From the NCBI GenBank assembly GCA_031372035.1, contig JANMKM010000409.1, positions 1-60,608 of the forward strand: a DNA stretch of 60,608 bases. Reading direction: 5' to 3'. Numbering within the stretch: the stretch's first letter is position 1; each line of letters begins with the position of its first letter. The position numbers and the translations under genes were made by a program. Below are positions 21,466 through 30,840 of this stretch, one piece after another. The notes beneath the pieces are model-generated. The model worked only from the letters and a program-made list of their open reading frames with translations. It was not told where the DNA came from and made no database searches. Origin of the DNA: Rhodoferax sp. GTDB lineage: Bacteria; Pseudomonadota; Gammaproteobacteria; Burkholderiales; Burkholderiaceae_C.

Positions 21466-22130
21466 TGCGCACTCTGGAGCCGGAACTGCGCGCCGGTGCC
21501 CGGGCGCTAGGGGTGGATCTGGATGAGGTGCGAATCGGCCGCCTGCTCGACTACCTGGGCCTGATCGGCAAGTGGAACCAGGTCTACAACCTGACAGCGG
21601 TGCGCGAACCCAAGGCCATGCTGACCCAGCATTTGCTCGACAGTTTGGCCATCGTGCCGCCGCTGCATCGGCACCTGGATGCGCGCCGTGCCGTGCAGCC
21701 ACAGCCGACCACCAGCCTGCTGGACGTGGGTTCCGGTGCTGGTTTGCCGGGCGTGGTGCTGGCCATCTGCTTTCCCGAACTGCAGGTGGACTGCGTGGAT
21801 ACGGTCGCCAAGAAGGCGGCGTTCATCCAGCAGGTGGCATTGAGCTTGCGCCTGCCCAACCTGCGCGGACTGCATGCGCGGGTGGAGCAGCTGCGCGGTC
21901 CGTATGACCTGGTGTGTTCGCGCGCTTTCGCCTCGCTGCGGGACTTCACGGCCTGGTCCGCGGCGGCGCTGGCGCCGCAAGGCGCCTGGCTGGCGATGAA
22001 GGGCAAGCATCCGGAGCAGGAACTGCTGGACCTACCGGACGCGGTGGCACTGTTTCACGTGGAACAGCTGCATGTGCCAGGGCTGGTGGGCGAGCGCTGC
22101 CTGGTGTGGATGCGCAAGAAATCGGGCTGA
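21465..22130 (+). CDS. rsmG: 16S rRNA m7G527 methyltransferase
   Basis: WNQVYNLTA, HLLDSL, DVGSGAGLPG, SRAF. Confidence 0.98.
   Translation: MRTLEPELRAGARALGVDLDEVRIGRLLDYLGLIGKWNQVYNLTAVREPKAMLTQHLLDSLAIVPPLHRHLDARRAVQPQPTTSLLDVGSGAGLPGVVLAICFPELQVDCVDTVAKKAAFIQQVALSLRLPNLRGLHARVEQLRGPYDLVCSRAFASLRDFTAWSAAALAPQGAWLAMKGKHPEQELLDLPDAVALFHVEQLHVPGLVGERCLVWMRKKSG
22051..22066. promoter_or_regulatory. parS centromere site
   Basis: TGTTTCACGTGGAACA inside rsmG. Confidence 0.9.
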
Positions 22131-22201
22131 AGCCGCCGTTGATTGGCTGCAGGCGCGACGCGGCATCGTAAACTCGATGCCTTCACTTCCTGGATCTCCC
22201 C

Positions 22202-22816
22202 ATGTTTGGCGTTGCTGATTACGGCGCATTTGTCGCCGCCATCCTGATTTTTCTGGCGATTCCCGGTCCCGGCAACCTGGCGCTGATCACTTCCACCAGC
22301 AAGGGTGGCCTGCGGGGCGGGATGGCCGCCACCATGGGCGTAATCGCCGGCGACCAAGTATTGCTATGGCTGGCGGTGGCTGGCGTAGCAGCAATGCTGT
22401 TGGCGTATCCAGCAGTCTTCCATGCCGTGCAGTGGCTGGGTGCTGCGTACCTGGCCTGGCTGGGTTTTCGCATGCTCACTGCCAAGCCCGGCGCCAAGCC
22501 AGTGCTCAATATCGCACCGCACCACTACTTCCGCCAGGCGGGCCTGATCACGCTGCTCAACCCCAAGGCCATCGTGTTCTATATGGCCTTCTTTCCGTTG
22601 TTCGTCAGTCCGGCCCAGCACCAGGGCATGGTGACCTTTGCCTTCATGGCCGCCACCATTGCGGTGCTGACCTTCGGCTACGCCCTGACGGTGGTGCTGC
22701 TCACGCATTTCCTGGCCGAGCGCATGCGTGCCAACCCGATGATCAGCCGGGTGCTGGAAAAGTTGGCAGGCGTATTCCTGATCGGCTTCGGCATCAAGCT
22801 GGCCGTGTCGCGCTGA
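22202..22816 (+). CDS. LysE family translocator (LeuE-like)
   Basis: LAIPGPG, GAAYLAWLG, LLNPKAIVF. Confidence 0.9.
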   Translation: MFGVADYGAFVAAILIFLAIPGPGNLALITSTSKGGLRGGMAATMGVIAGDQVLLWLAVAGVAAMLLAYPAVFHAVQWLGAAYLAWLGFRMLTAKPGAKPVLNIAPHHYFRQAGLITLLNPKAIVFYMAFFPLFVSPAQHQGMVTFAFMAATIAVLTFGYALTVVLLTHFLAERMRANPMISRVLEKLAGVFLIGFGIKLAVSR

Positions 22817-22847
22817 AGCGCCCGCACACCGAAGAACCAGGGCACGC

Positions 22848-23669
22848 ATGGCGAAAATTTTCTGCATAGCCAACCAGAAGGGCGGGGTCGGCAAGACCAC
22901 GACCACAGTCAATCTGGCGGCCGGCTTGGCGCGTCTGGGCCAACGTGTACTCATGGTGGACCTGGACCCGCAGGGCAATGCCACGATGGGCTCGGGCGTG
23001 GACAAGCGCAAGCTGAATCACACGGTATATGACGTGCTGCTGGACCAGGTCTCCGTGGCCCAGGCCCGGGTACTGAGCCATTGGGGTCAGACAGCTGACC
23101 TGATGCCGGGTGCTGCGGTGGCCGAGGGCTTCAACTTTACCTACCACGTGCTGGGTGCAAACCGCGAGCTTGCCGGGGCCGAGGTCGAACTGGTGGAGAT
23201 CGAGCGCCGCGAGAAGCGGCTCAAGACCGCACTGGCCGAGGTTAAGGCCGAATATGACTTTATCCTCATCGATTGCCCGCCATCGTTGTCACTGTTGACG
23301 CTCAATGGCCTGTGCTGCGCCCACGGCGTGATCGTGCCGATGCAGTGCGAATACTTCGCACTCGAAGGCCTGACCGATCTGGTCAACACCATCAAGCAGG
23401 TGCATGCCAACCTGAATGGCGATCTGGCCATCATCGGCCTGCTGCGGGTCATGTTCGATCCGCGCATCACCTTGCAGCAGCAGGTCAGCGACCAGCTCAA
23501 GGCGCACTTTGGCGACAAGGTGTTCAACACCGTGATTCCGCGCAACGTGCGCCTGGCGGAGGCGCCCAGCTATGGACTGCCGGGCGTGATCTTTGACCCG
23601 GGCTCCAAGGGCGCGATTGCCTTTGTTGCCTTTGCCCAGGAAATGGTGGAGCGCGTGCATACCCTGTAG
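22848..23669 (+). CDS. parA: Chromosome partitioning ATPase
   Basis: ANQKGGVGKTT deviant Walker A, DLDPQGNA, IDCPP, IPRNVRLAEAPS. Confidence 0.97.
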   Translation: MAKIFCIANQKGGVGKTTTTVNLAAGLARLGQRVLMVDLDPQGNATMGSGVDKRKLNHTVYDVLLDQVSVAQARVLSHWGQTADLMPGAAVAEGFNFTYHVLGANRELAGAEVELVEIERREKRLKTALAEVKAEYDFILIDCPPSLSLLTLNGLCCAHGVIVPMQCEYFALEGLTDLVNTIKQVHANLNGDLAIIGLLRVMFDPRITLQQQVSDQLKAHFGDKVFNTVIPRNVRLAEAPSYGLPGVIFDPGSKGAIAFVAFAQEMVERVHTL

Positions 23670-23705
23670 CCAGCGGCTGCCGCGTTGGTCCCCGTTTGAG
23701 AGGGC

Positions 23706-23759
23706 AATTGGCCTGCAAGGCTCATAAAACAAGCACGGAACGCTACCAAAATCAGAGCA
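23706..23759 (+). repeat. Degenerate ~55-bp dispersed intergenic repeat, copy C
   Basis: aattggcctgcaaggctcataaaacaagcacggaacgctaccaaaatcagagca. Confidence 0.55.
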
Positions 23760-24340
23760 TGCTAGATTTCGACATCCTTCTGCTGCCCGGTTGGTTGAAC
23801 TCCGGGCCACAGCACTGGCAAAGCCTGTGGCAGTTTGAACACGGCCACGTTCGGGTGGAGCAGCACGACTGGCAGCGGCCGCTGCGCGGTGATTGGGTGG
23901 CGCGGCTGGAAGAGGTGCTGTTGCAGTGCAGGCGGCCGGCGTTGTTGGTCGCCCACAGCCTGGGTTGCCAACTGGTGGCAGCCTGGGCCGCTCATTCCCG
24001 CAACACACACCGCGTCCACGGCGCGCTGCTGGTGGCGCCGGGTGACCCGGAGCGCGAGAACCTGCGGCCGGTGCAGCCCAGCTGGTCGCCGCTGGTGTTG
24101 CGGCCTCTGCCCTTTGCCAGCACGCTGGTAGCGAGCCGTAACGACCCCTATTGCAGTCTTGAGCGGGCGCAGATGTTTGCCCGGGCCTGGGGCAGCCGGC
24201 TGGTTGACCTGGGCACAGCTGGACACATCAATGCCGATTCCGGCCTGGGCGACTGGCCCCAGGGCCTCGCCCTGTTGCAGGCACTGCAGCGACCGTCCAT
24301 CGAAACAATTCCACAAGAGAAAGCGAGCGTGCCGTGGTGA
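23759..24340 (+). CDS. RBBP9/YdeN family alpha/beta hydrolase
   Basis: PGWLNSGPQHWQ, AHSLGC, SRNDPY, GHINADSG. Confidence 0.92.
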   Translation: MLDFDILLLPGWLNSGPQHWQSLWQFEHGHVRVEQHDWQRPLRGDWVARLEEVLLQCRRPALLVAHSLGCQLVAAWAAHSRNTHRVHGALLVAPGDPERENLRPVQPSWSPLVLRPLPFASTLVASRNDPYCSLERAQMFARAWGSRLVDLGTAGHINADSGLGDWPQGLALLQALQRPSIETIPQEKASVPW

Positions 24341-25317
24341 CCAAGAAATCCAAAGGTTTGGGCCGCGGCCTGGAAGCGTTGCTCGGTCCGAAGGTGGAGG
24401 ATGTTCCGGCCCTGGCCGGCAGTACCGCCAGCCCGGGCCTGCCGGCGTCGCTGTTTCTGGGCGATATGGTGCCTGGGCAGTACCAGCCGCGCACCCGCAT
24501 GGACGAGGGCGCGCTGTACGAACTGGCCGAGTCCATCAAGGCACAAGGCATCATGCAGCCGATCCTGGTGCGCCAGCTTGGGGCCGAGCAGGCGCGCAAG
24601 CTGCGACAGGCCCAGCCGGGCCAGGAAGACAACGACGGCGCGCCGCGGCCGTTGTACGAGATCATTGCCGGCGAACGCCGCTTCCGTGCCGCCAAGCTGG
24701 CGGGCCTGGAAAGCGTGCCGGTGCTGGTGCGTGACGTGCCGGACGAGTCCGCCGCGGCCATGGGCCTGATCGAGAATATCCAGAGCGAAGACCTCAATCC
24801 TCTGGAAGAAGCCCAGGGCCTGCATCGCCTGGTGAAGGAGTTCGGGCTCACCCACGAGCAGGCGGCGCAGGCCGTGGGCCGCTCCCGCAGCGCCGCCAGC
24901 AACCTGCTGCGGCTGCTCAATCTGGCCGACCCGGTGCAGACCATGCTGATGGCCGGCGACCTGGACATGGGCCACGCCCGGGCTTTGCTGGCGCTGGAGC
25001 GGGCTTCCCAGATAACGGCTGCCAGCCAGATCGTGGCGCGCAAGATGTCGGTGCGCGAAGCCGAGAGCTTGGTAAAGAAGCTCAGTGCCGAGTTCAACCT
25101 GACGGCGCCCAAGCCCAAGCAGGAGAAGTCGCGTGATGTGCGCCGGCTCGAGGAAGAGCTGTCGGACCTGCTCACGGCCCAGGTCGAGATCCGCGTGAAG
25201 AAGCGCGTCAAACGTGCCGGCCGGGTGGAAGAGCTGGGCGAGGTCTCGATCCAGTTCGGTTCGCTCGATGAACTCAATGGCTTGATCGACAAGCTCTCGC
25301 GTGGTGGCAGCCGCTAG
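24334..25317 (+). CDS. parB: Chromosome partitioning protein
   Basis: KGLGRGLEALL, GIMQPILVR, IAGERRFRA, HTH GRSRSAASNLLRLL. Confidence 0.97.
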   Translation: MVTKKSKGLGRGLEALLGPKVEDVPALAGSTASPGLPASLFLGDMVPGQYQPRTRMDEGALYELAESIKAQGIMQPILVRQLGAEQARKLRQAQPGQEDNDGAPRPLYEIIAGERRFRAAKLAGLESVPVLVRDVPDESAAAMGLIENIQSEDLNPLEEAQGLHRLVKEFGLTHEQAAQAVGRSRSAASNLLRLLNLADPVQTMLMAGDLDMGHARALLALERASQITAASQIVARKMSVREAESLVKKLSAEFNLTAPKPKQEKSRDVRRLEEELSDLLTAQVEIRVKKRVKRAGRVEELGEVSIQFGSLDELNGLIDKLSRGGSR

Positions 25318-25371
25318 CGCGCCATTGCACCGCCGTTGTAGCGGACCATTGCGGACACCGGGTTGTTCGTG

Positions 25372-26127
25372 ATGTTGCCTTGGCCCGGTCCCGCCTTGCT
25401 TTCCTGGGCCGGCGCCTGGTGTCTGCATGCCTTGGGCCTGCACCAGGGTTGGGGCGCCACGGCGTCGCTGGCGTCGGCCAGCGCCTTGGGCGTGGCCTTG
25501 AGCCTGCTGGGTGGCAGCTGGTGGCGGCGGCTGCTGATCGGCCTGGGATTTCCACTGGCGCTGTTGCTCTCGGGTGCAGCCAGCCTGCCGGCCTGGAGCT
25601 GGCTGCTGCCGCTGGCGCTGCTGCTGCTGATCTATCCTTTGAACGCCTGGCGCGACGCGCCGTTGTTTCCAACCCCGACACGGGCCTTGCTCTTGCTGCC
25701 GCAACGGGCGCCTCTGCCTGATGGCGCGCTGGTGCTGGATGCCGGCTGCGGCCTCGGCGCCGGGTTGCGGGCCCTGCGTCTGGTGTATCCACTGGCCGCC
25801 TTGCATGGTGTTGAACGCAGCGCCCTGCTGTGGCTGCTGTGCCGCGCACGCTGCCCCTGGGCCCGGGTGCGCCGCGGCGACATGTGGCTGGGTTCCTGGG
25901 CGCCGTATGCCCTGGTCTATCTGTTCCAGCGACCCGAGAGCATGGACCGGGCCTCGGACAAGGCCCTGGCCGAGTTGCAGCGCGGCGCCTGGCTGGTGAG
26001 TCTGGACTTCGAAGCGGTCAGCCTGGTGCCGCAAGCCCGATTGCTGACACCGGACGGCCGGATCCTGTGGCTGTACCAGGCGCCGCTGCAAAGGCAACAG
26101 CAATCCGGCCCTGGCCACACCCTCTGA
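25372..26127 (+). CDS. Membrane-anchored class I SAM-dependent methyltransferase
   Basis: TM N-terminus, RDAPLFPT, LDAGCGLG, YLFQRPESM. Confidence 0.85.
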   Translation: MLPWPGPALLSWAGAWCLHALGLHQGWGATASLASASALGVALSLLGGSWWRRLLIGLGFPLALLLSGAASLPAWSWLLPLALLLLIYPLNAWRDAPLFPTPTRALLLLPQRAPLPDGALVLDAGCGLGAGLRALRLVYPLAALHGVERSALLWLLCRARCPWARVRRGDMWLGSWAPYALVYLFQRPESMDRASDKALAELQRGAWLVSLDFEAVSLVPQARLLTPDGRILWLYQAPLQRQQQSGPGHTL

Positions 26128-26170
26128 ATGCGGGGGTGACAGGCAAAGACCCCTTTGTTATTCTGCTTCC

Positions 26171-27004
26171 ATGAACCTTCACATATCAAAGCGTTCTGGG
26201 GTCGTTGGCATGTTCGTTGCGGGCCTACTTGCGGCCAGCTGTGGTGCTCTGGCGCAGAACATCGAGCGCGTGCGCCTGACCGACAACGACCTGAACTGTG
26301 GCCAGATGTATGCGGAAGTGCAGCAGATGGAGCAGCTGATGCGGATGCCGCCACAGGGCCAGCCTCAGCCCATGCCGGTAGCGGTTGTGGCTATGCCGCA
26401 ACAGGTGGCCGCACCCCCACCCAGTCAGCCGCAGGCCGAGTCCCAGATACCGTCTCAGCTTGGCGGCTTGTTTGGTGCGCTGGCGGGCGCCGCCGCAGGG
26501 CGTGCTGGTGGCAACGTGGGTGGAGCCGCCCAGCTGTTTGGTGGATTCGCGGGTGGCGCCGCGCCGCAGATAGCCGGTCCGGCAGTGTCGGGTATGGGAG
26601 GAATGCCCGGCATGCCCACCGACATGCAGGGTTTGCTCAATGACCAGGCGGCCCGTGAGGTGTTGCTGACACCGAACATGCAGCAATCCATTGCCCGTGC
26701 CCGTGCCGCCGGCATGTCGGACGCCCAGATCCTGTCTATGGTAGCGCCGGCGATCAATGCCCGCCGCGCACAGATTGCGAGCCAGCAGCAGGCCCAGCAG
26801 CCGCAGCAGGTGTACAACAGCCAGCCGGTGCTGGCGCAGCCACCGCAGCCCGGCACCTATGGCGCCGGGGCAGCCTATGGTGCGCCCGCAGCCATTGGCG
26901 GCCAAGGTGGCCGCTCGATGGCGCAGCAGGCACAGGCGCGCAAGGAACATCTGACCACCATGTTCCTCAACAAGGGCTGCAAGCTTGCCGACGTTCATAA
27001 ATAA
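26171..27004 (+). CDS. Secreted hypothetical protein, tandem paralogue 1
   Basis: Signal peptide; conserved ends AQNIERV..TDNDL.C and RKEHLT..FL.KGC shared with the next gene. Confidence 0.8.
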   Translation: MNLHISKRSGVVGMFVAGLLAASCGALAQNIERVRLTDNDLNCGQMYAEVQQMEQLMRMPPQGQPQPMPVAVVAMPQQVAAPPPSQPQAESQIPSQLGGLFGALAGAAAGRAGGNVGGAAQLFGGFAGGAAPQIAGPAVSGMGGMPGMPTDMQGLLNDQAAREVLLTPNMQQSIARARAAGMSDAQILSMVAPAINARRAQIASQQQAQQPQQVYNSQPVLAQPPQPGTYGAGAAYGAPAAIGGQGGRSMAQQAQARKEHLTTMFLNKGCKLADVHK

Positions 27005-27035
27005 TTGCATCCATCATTTACAAGGACCCGAACCC

Positions 27036-27548
27036 ATGAAGCAACTTGCCACCTTTGCCGCCGTCGCCATCTGCCTGGTCAGCGCCCAGGCCCAGAACAT
27101 CGAGCGCGTCAAGATGACCGACAACGATCTGAGCTGCCAGCAGATCTACGTTGAGATCACCCAGATGGACGCCTTCATGGCCAAGGCCGCCATGCCGGTG
27201 GCCCCCGTTGCCGCTGCTGCGCCAGCGGCCGGGGACGGTGGCGCCGGTGCCCAGATGGCTGGTGCCGTGGTACAGACCGCGATTGCCCAGCGCGGTGGTT
27301 TTGGCGGCTTTGGGGGTGGACTGGGCGGCAGCCTCGGCGGCTTGCTCGGTGGTCTGGCCAGCCAGGCCCAGCAGGGTGCTGCGGCACAGCAGGCGGCGCA
27401 GCAGGCCCAGGCTCAGCAAGCCCAGGCCAACGCAGCGGCGATGGCGCAGCAGAATGCCGTGGCTTCGCAGCAGGCCCAGGGCCGCAAGGAACATCTCACC
27501 GGGCTGTTCCTCGGCAAGGGCTGCAAGATGGCCGATATTCAGAAGTAA
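27036..27548 (+). CDS. Secreted hypothetical protein, tandem paralogue 2
   Basis: AAGGA RBS, signal peptide, same conserved termini, Gly/Ala/Gln-rich middle. Confidence 0.85.
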   Translation: MKQLATFAAVAICLVSAQAQNIERVKMTDNDLSCQQIYVEITQMDAFMAKAAMPVAPVAAAAPAAGDGGAGAQMAGAVVQTAIAQRGGFGGFGGGLGGSLGGLLGGLASQAQQGAAAQQAAQQAQAQQAQANAAAMAQQNAVASQQAQGRKEHLTGLFLGKGCKMADIQK

Positions 27549-27601
27549 ATCGGCTCCAGAGGCACTCCAGGAAAGCAAGGAGCGCTATAAGGACAATAAC
27601 A
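27547..27601 (+). repeat. Degenerate ~55-bp dispersed intergenic repeat, copy D
   Basis: aatcggctccagaggcactccaggaaagcaaggagcgctataaggacaataaca. Confidence 0.45.
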
Positions 27602-27631
27602 ACCGGTCAGCAGAGACCGGACCCGACGCGG

Positions 27632-29056
27632 TTAGTAGGCGAAGATTTTCCCCGGGTTCATGATGTTGTGCGGATCCAGGGCCCGCTTGATGGTGCGCAT
27701 CATGTCCACCGCTCCGGCTCCGGCTTCCGTGATCAGGAAGTCCATCTTGTGCAGGCCCACACCGTGTTCGCCAGTGCAGGTGCCCTCCAGGCCCAGGGCC
27801 CGGTTGACCAGCTGGTGGTTCAGCGCTTCGGCTGTGACCCGTTCCTGCGGGTTTTCCGGGTCCAGCAGGTAGCCGAAATGGAAGTTGCCGTCACCCACAT
27901 GGCCCACCAGGAAGTAGGGTATGCCGCTGGCGTCGGCTTCGGCCACGGAGTCCAGCAGGCAGTCTGCCAGGCGTGAGATCGGCACGCAGGTGTCGGTGGA
28001 GATCACGCGGCAACCCGGGCGCGACTGCACTGCGGCAAAGTAGCTGTTGTGGCGCGCGGTCCAGAGCTTGGTGCGGGCCTCGGGTGTGGTGGCCCAGTCG
28101 AAGGCGTTGCCACCGTGCTCGGACGCAATCTCCTGTACCAGCGCTGCCTGTTCGGCCACGCCGCTGGGTGAGCCGTGGAACTCCATCAGCAGCAGCGGCT
28201 CCTCGCGCAGCCCGAGCTTGGCGTAGGCATTGACCATGCGCACGGTGTTGTGGTCGATCAGCTCGACCCGGGCAATCGGCACGCCGAGCTGGATGATCTG
28301 GATCGTGGTGCGCACCGCGGCCTCGATGCTGGGGAAGGAGCAGATCGCTGCCGAGATCGCCTCTGGCAGCGGATAAAGCTTGACGGTCACTTCGGTGATC
28401 ACGCCCAGTGTGCCTTCGCTGCCCACCATCAGGCGTGTGAGGTCGTAGCCGGCCGATGACTTCTTGGCCCGGGTACCGGTGTGGATCACCGCACCGCTGG
28501 CTGTGACCACCTCCAGAGCGAGCACGTTTTCGCGCATGGTGCCGTAGCGCACGGCGTTGGTGCCGCTGGCCCGGGTGGCCGCCATGCCACCGATGGAGGC
28601 GTCGGCGCCAGGGTCGATCGGGAAGAACAGGCCGGTACTCTTCACGGCCTCGTTCAGCTGCTTGCGCGTGACGCCGGGCTGCACCGTGACCGTGAGGTCT
28701 TCGGCGTTGATGCGCAGCACCTGGTTCATGCGGCTGACGTCAATGCTGATCCCACCCTGCACCGCCAGCAGGTGGCCTTCCAGCGATGAGCCGACACCGA
28801 AGGGAATCACCGGCACCTGGTATTGGGCCGCCAGGGTGACCGCGGCCGCCACGTCGGCCGTGCACTCGGCAAACACCACCGCCGAGGGCGGCGGCGCGGT
28901 GAAGGAGGACTCGTCCCGGCCATGCTGTTCGCGCACCGCCAGGGCGGTGGAACAGCGCTCGGCAAAACGGGCCTTCAAGGCATCAATCAGTGCCTGCGGT
29001 GTAGCGCGCTGCTTGATTTCCGGCACCAGGTGTTGTTGCTGGGTGGGTGCGTTCAT
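27632..29056 (-). CDS. FAD-linked oxidase (D-lactate dehydrogenase/GlcD family)
   Basis: PFGVGSSLEGH, DPGADASIGG, GSEGTLG, HVGDGNFH, GEHGVG, MNPGK. Confidence 0.93.
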   Translation of the reverse strand: MNAPTQQQHLVPEIKQRATPQALIDALKARFAERCSTALAVREQHGRDESSFTAPPPSAVVFAECTADVAAAVTLAAQYQVPVIPFGVGSSLEGHLLAVQGGISIDVSRMNQVLRINAEDLTVTVQPGVTRKQLNEAVKSTGLFFPIDPGADASIGGMAATRASGTNAVRYGTMRENVLALEVVTASGAVIHTGTRAKKSSAGYDLTRLMVGSEGTLGVITEVTVKLYPLPEAISAAICSFPSIEAAVRTTIQIIQLGVPIARVELIDHNTVRMVNAYAKLGLREEPLLLMEFHGSPSGVAEQAALVQEIASEHGGNAFDWATTPEARTKLWTARHNSYFAAVQSRPGCRVISTDTCVPISRLADCLLDSVAEADASGIPYFLVGHVGDGNFHFGYLLDPENPQERVTAEALNHQLVNRALGLEGTCTGEHGVGLHKMDFLITEAGAGAVDMMRTIKRALDPHNIMNPGKIFAY

Positions 29057-29183
29057 GCGGTGTCTCCGGCGTTGGCGGGCACGCGTCGCGCGTTTCGCGC
29101 CGGCCCTGCAGATTTGCCAGTTTACGCCCTGTGACGGGCCGCCGCTGGCACCGACAATAGGCCATCAGACCAGGAGACCAGCC

Positions 29184-29774
29184 ATGGGACAACGCCTCAC
29201 GCAGATAGCCACCCGCACCGGCGACGACGGCAGTACGGGCCTGGGTGACAACACCCGGGTCTCCAAGGACAGCCTGCGGGTTCATGCCATGGGCGACGTG
29301 GACGAGCTCAATTCACAGATCGGTGTGCTGCTGTGCGAGGACATGCCCGAGGCCTTGCGCAGCCTGCTGGTGGAGGTGCAGCACCAGCTCTTCAACCTGG
29401 GTGGCGAGCTCTCGATTCCTGGCTTCGAGCTGCTCAAGGCCGAAGCGGTGCTGGCGTTGGACGAAGCCCTGGCAACGCACAACGCCACGTTGCCGCGGCT
29501 GCAGGAGTTCATCCTGCCGGCCGGTACCCGGGCCGCGGCGCTGGCGCATGTCTGCCGCACCGTGGCCCGGCGCGCCGAGCGCGCCGTGGTGGCCCTGGGC
29601 GCAGTTGAGCCGCTGCGTGAGACGCCGCGCCAGTACCTGAACCGTCTGAGCGACCTGATGTTCGTGCTGGCCCGGGTTCTGAACCGCCACCGCAGCGACG
29701 GCAGCGCTGGTGACGATGTGTATTGGCGCAGCGAGCGCCTGGCGCGGGCCGAGTCCGGGGCCGAGCCCGAGTGA
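29184..29774 (+). CDS. PduO-type cob(I)alamin adenosyltransferase
   Basis: IATRTGDDGSTGL, GDVDELNS, RTVARRAER, YLNRLSD. Confidence 0.95.
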   Translation: MGQRLTQIATRTGDDGSTGLGDNTRVSKDSLRVHAMGDVDELNSQIGVLLCEDMPEALRSLLVEVQHQLFNLGGELSIPGFELLKAEAVLALDEALATHNATLPRLQEFILPAGTRAAALAHVCRTVARRAERAVVALGAVEPLRETPRQYLNRLSDLMFVLARVLNRHRSDGSAGDDVYWRSERLARAESGAEPE

Positions 29775-29778
29775 TCCC

Positions 29779-30201
29779 CTACCGCGGGGCCAGAATGGCC
29801 ATCGTGATGCGCGACACGCAGGTCAGCTCGCCAGCGTCGTTGTGCAGGTCGATGTGCCAGACATGGGTGGTGCGGCCAATGTGCACCGGCCGCGTGATAC
29901 CCGTGACCCAACCGCTGGTGGCACCACGCAGGTGGTTGGCGTTGATGTCCAGCCCCACCGCCCGGTAGCCCTCGGGTGCCGCCGAAGCGGCGCCACAGGA
30001 ACCCAGGGTTTCCGCCAGCACCACACTGACACCGCCATGCAGCAGGCCATAGGGCTGGCGCGTGCGGCCATCCACTGGCACCCGGGCGCGGATGAAGTCG
30101 TCGCCGACCTCCAGGAATTCAATACCCAGCCGCGCCACCGCGGTATCGCCATGCATGGCCGTGAGGGTCTCAACCGAAACAGGCTTCTTCCAGATGCGCA
30201 T
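29779..30201 (-). CDS. Hotdog-fold thioesterase (YdiI/MenI-like)
   Basis: QPYGLLHGGVSVVLAETLGS, INANH. Confidence 0.92.
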   Translation of the reverse strand: MRIWKKPVSVETLTAMHGDTAVARLGIEFLEVGDDFIRARVPVDGRTRQPYGLLHGGVSVVLAETLGSCGAASAAPEGYRAVGLDINANHLRGATSGWVTGITRPVHIGRTTHVWHIDLHNDAGELTCVSRITMAILAPR

Positions 30202-30352
30202 GCTGTGGGTGGCCGTCGGCGGTGGGTGAAAGGTTCAGTCTAGCAGTCCGGAGCTGCAGTCGCCGAGGCAGATTGGCGCCAGCGGCCACCCGTGTCGCCA
30301 TGGCGCAAATACCCGCAGGGCTTTCGACCGGACTGGGGCATGGCTGACACTG

Positions 30353-30381
30353 CGGCCCGGTCACTGTCGGCCCGGTCACTG
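30353..30381 (+). repeat. 14-bp tandem duplication
   Basis: CGGCCCGGTCACTG-T-CGGCCCGGTCACTG just upstream of the first ECF-like promoter. Confidence 0.8.
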
Positions 30382-30388
30382 ACGCGAG

Positions 30389-30415
30389 TGTAAGATTTGC
30401 CGGCTCGGCGCGACG
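30389..30415 (+). promoter_or_regulatory. ECF-type promoter motif 1
   Basis: TGTAAG-N16-CGACG upstream of the 30473 operon. Confidence 0.7.
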
Positions 30416-30472
30416 CATACTGCGACGCCATCGGCCGCTGTGGCCGGAGCGCAAACGCCGGAGAGGTGCAGA

Positions 30473-30700
30473 GTGTCTTTGTTCGCCGCAGATCTTGTCT
30501 TGGGGTTGCTGGCAGCCTACTTGGCGGCCGGTTTGTTGGTCGCGGTCGCGCTCTTGCTGGGTGGTTTGCGCCGCTTCGACACCGCCGCAGCCGCTGCGCC
30601 GATGCGCGTGAAGTTGCTGCTCGTGCCCGGTATAGTTGTGCTGTGGCCTTTGATGCTGCGCCGGGCGCTGGGCTGGCAACCGCGCGAGGACCGGCGGTGA
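30473..30700 (+). CDS. Small two-TM membrane protein
   Basis: GGAGAGG RBS with GTG start; hydrophobic; stop overlaps the next start (GTGA). Confidence 0.7.
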   Translation: MSLFAADLVLGLLAAYLAAGLLVAVALLLGGLRRFDTAAAAAPMRVKLLLVPGIVVLWPLMLRRALGWQPREDRR

Positions 30701-30840
30701 GCCGTTCGCAGCGCAGTGTGCACGTCGCCGTATGGGCGGCGCTGGTGGCGATCCTGGCCATGACGATCATCGCCGCGCTGGTCGTCGACGTGCGCATCGA
30801 GCGCGCGGCAAAGATGGCGCCTTCCGCCTTGGTGCGCTGA
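30697..30840 (+). CDS. Small single-TM protein
   Basis: Translationally coupled on both sides (GTGA, TGATG). Confidence 0.6.
   Translation: MSRSQRSVHVAVWAALVAILAMTIIAALVVDVRIERAAKMAPSALVR

Noticed and set aside
22202-24340. LysE and YdeN genes inside the mnmG-parB operon
   Set aside because: From memory this arrangement is common in Comamonadaceae, so it is not treated as novel
24148-26118. Long antisense or alternative-frame ORFs (also 54632-57070, 56644-58500, 58921-60582 and others)
   Set aside because: Shadow ORFs of clear genes in GC-rich DNA, with no recognisable motifs
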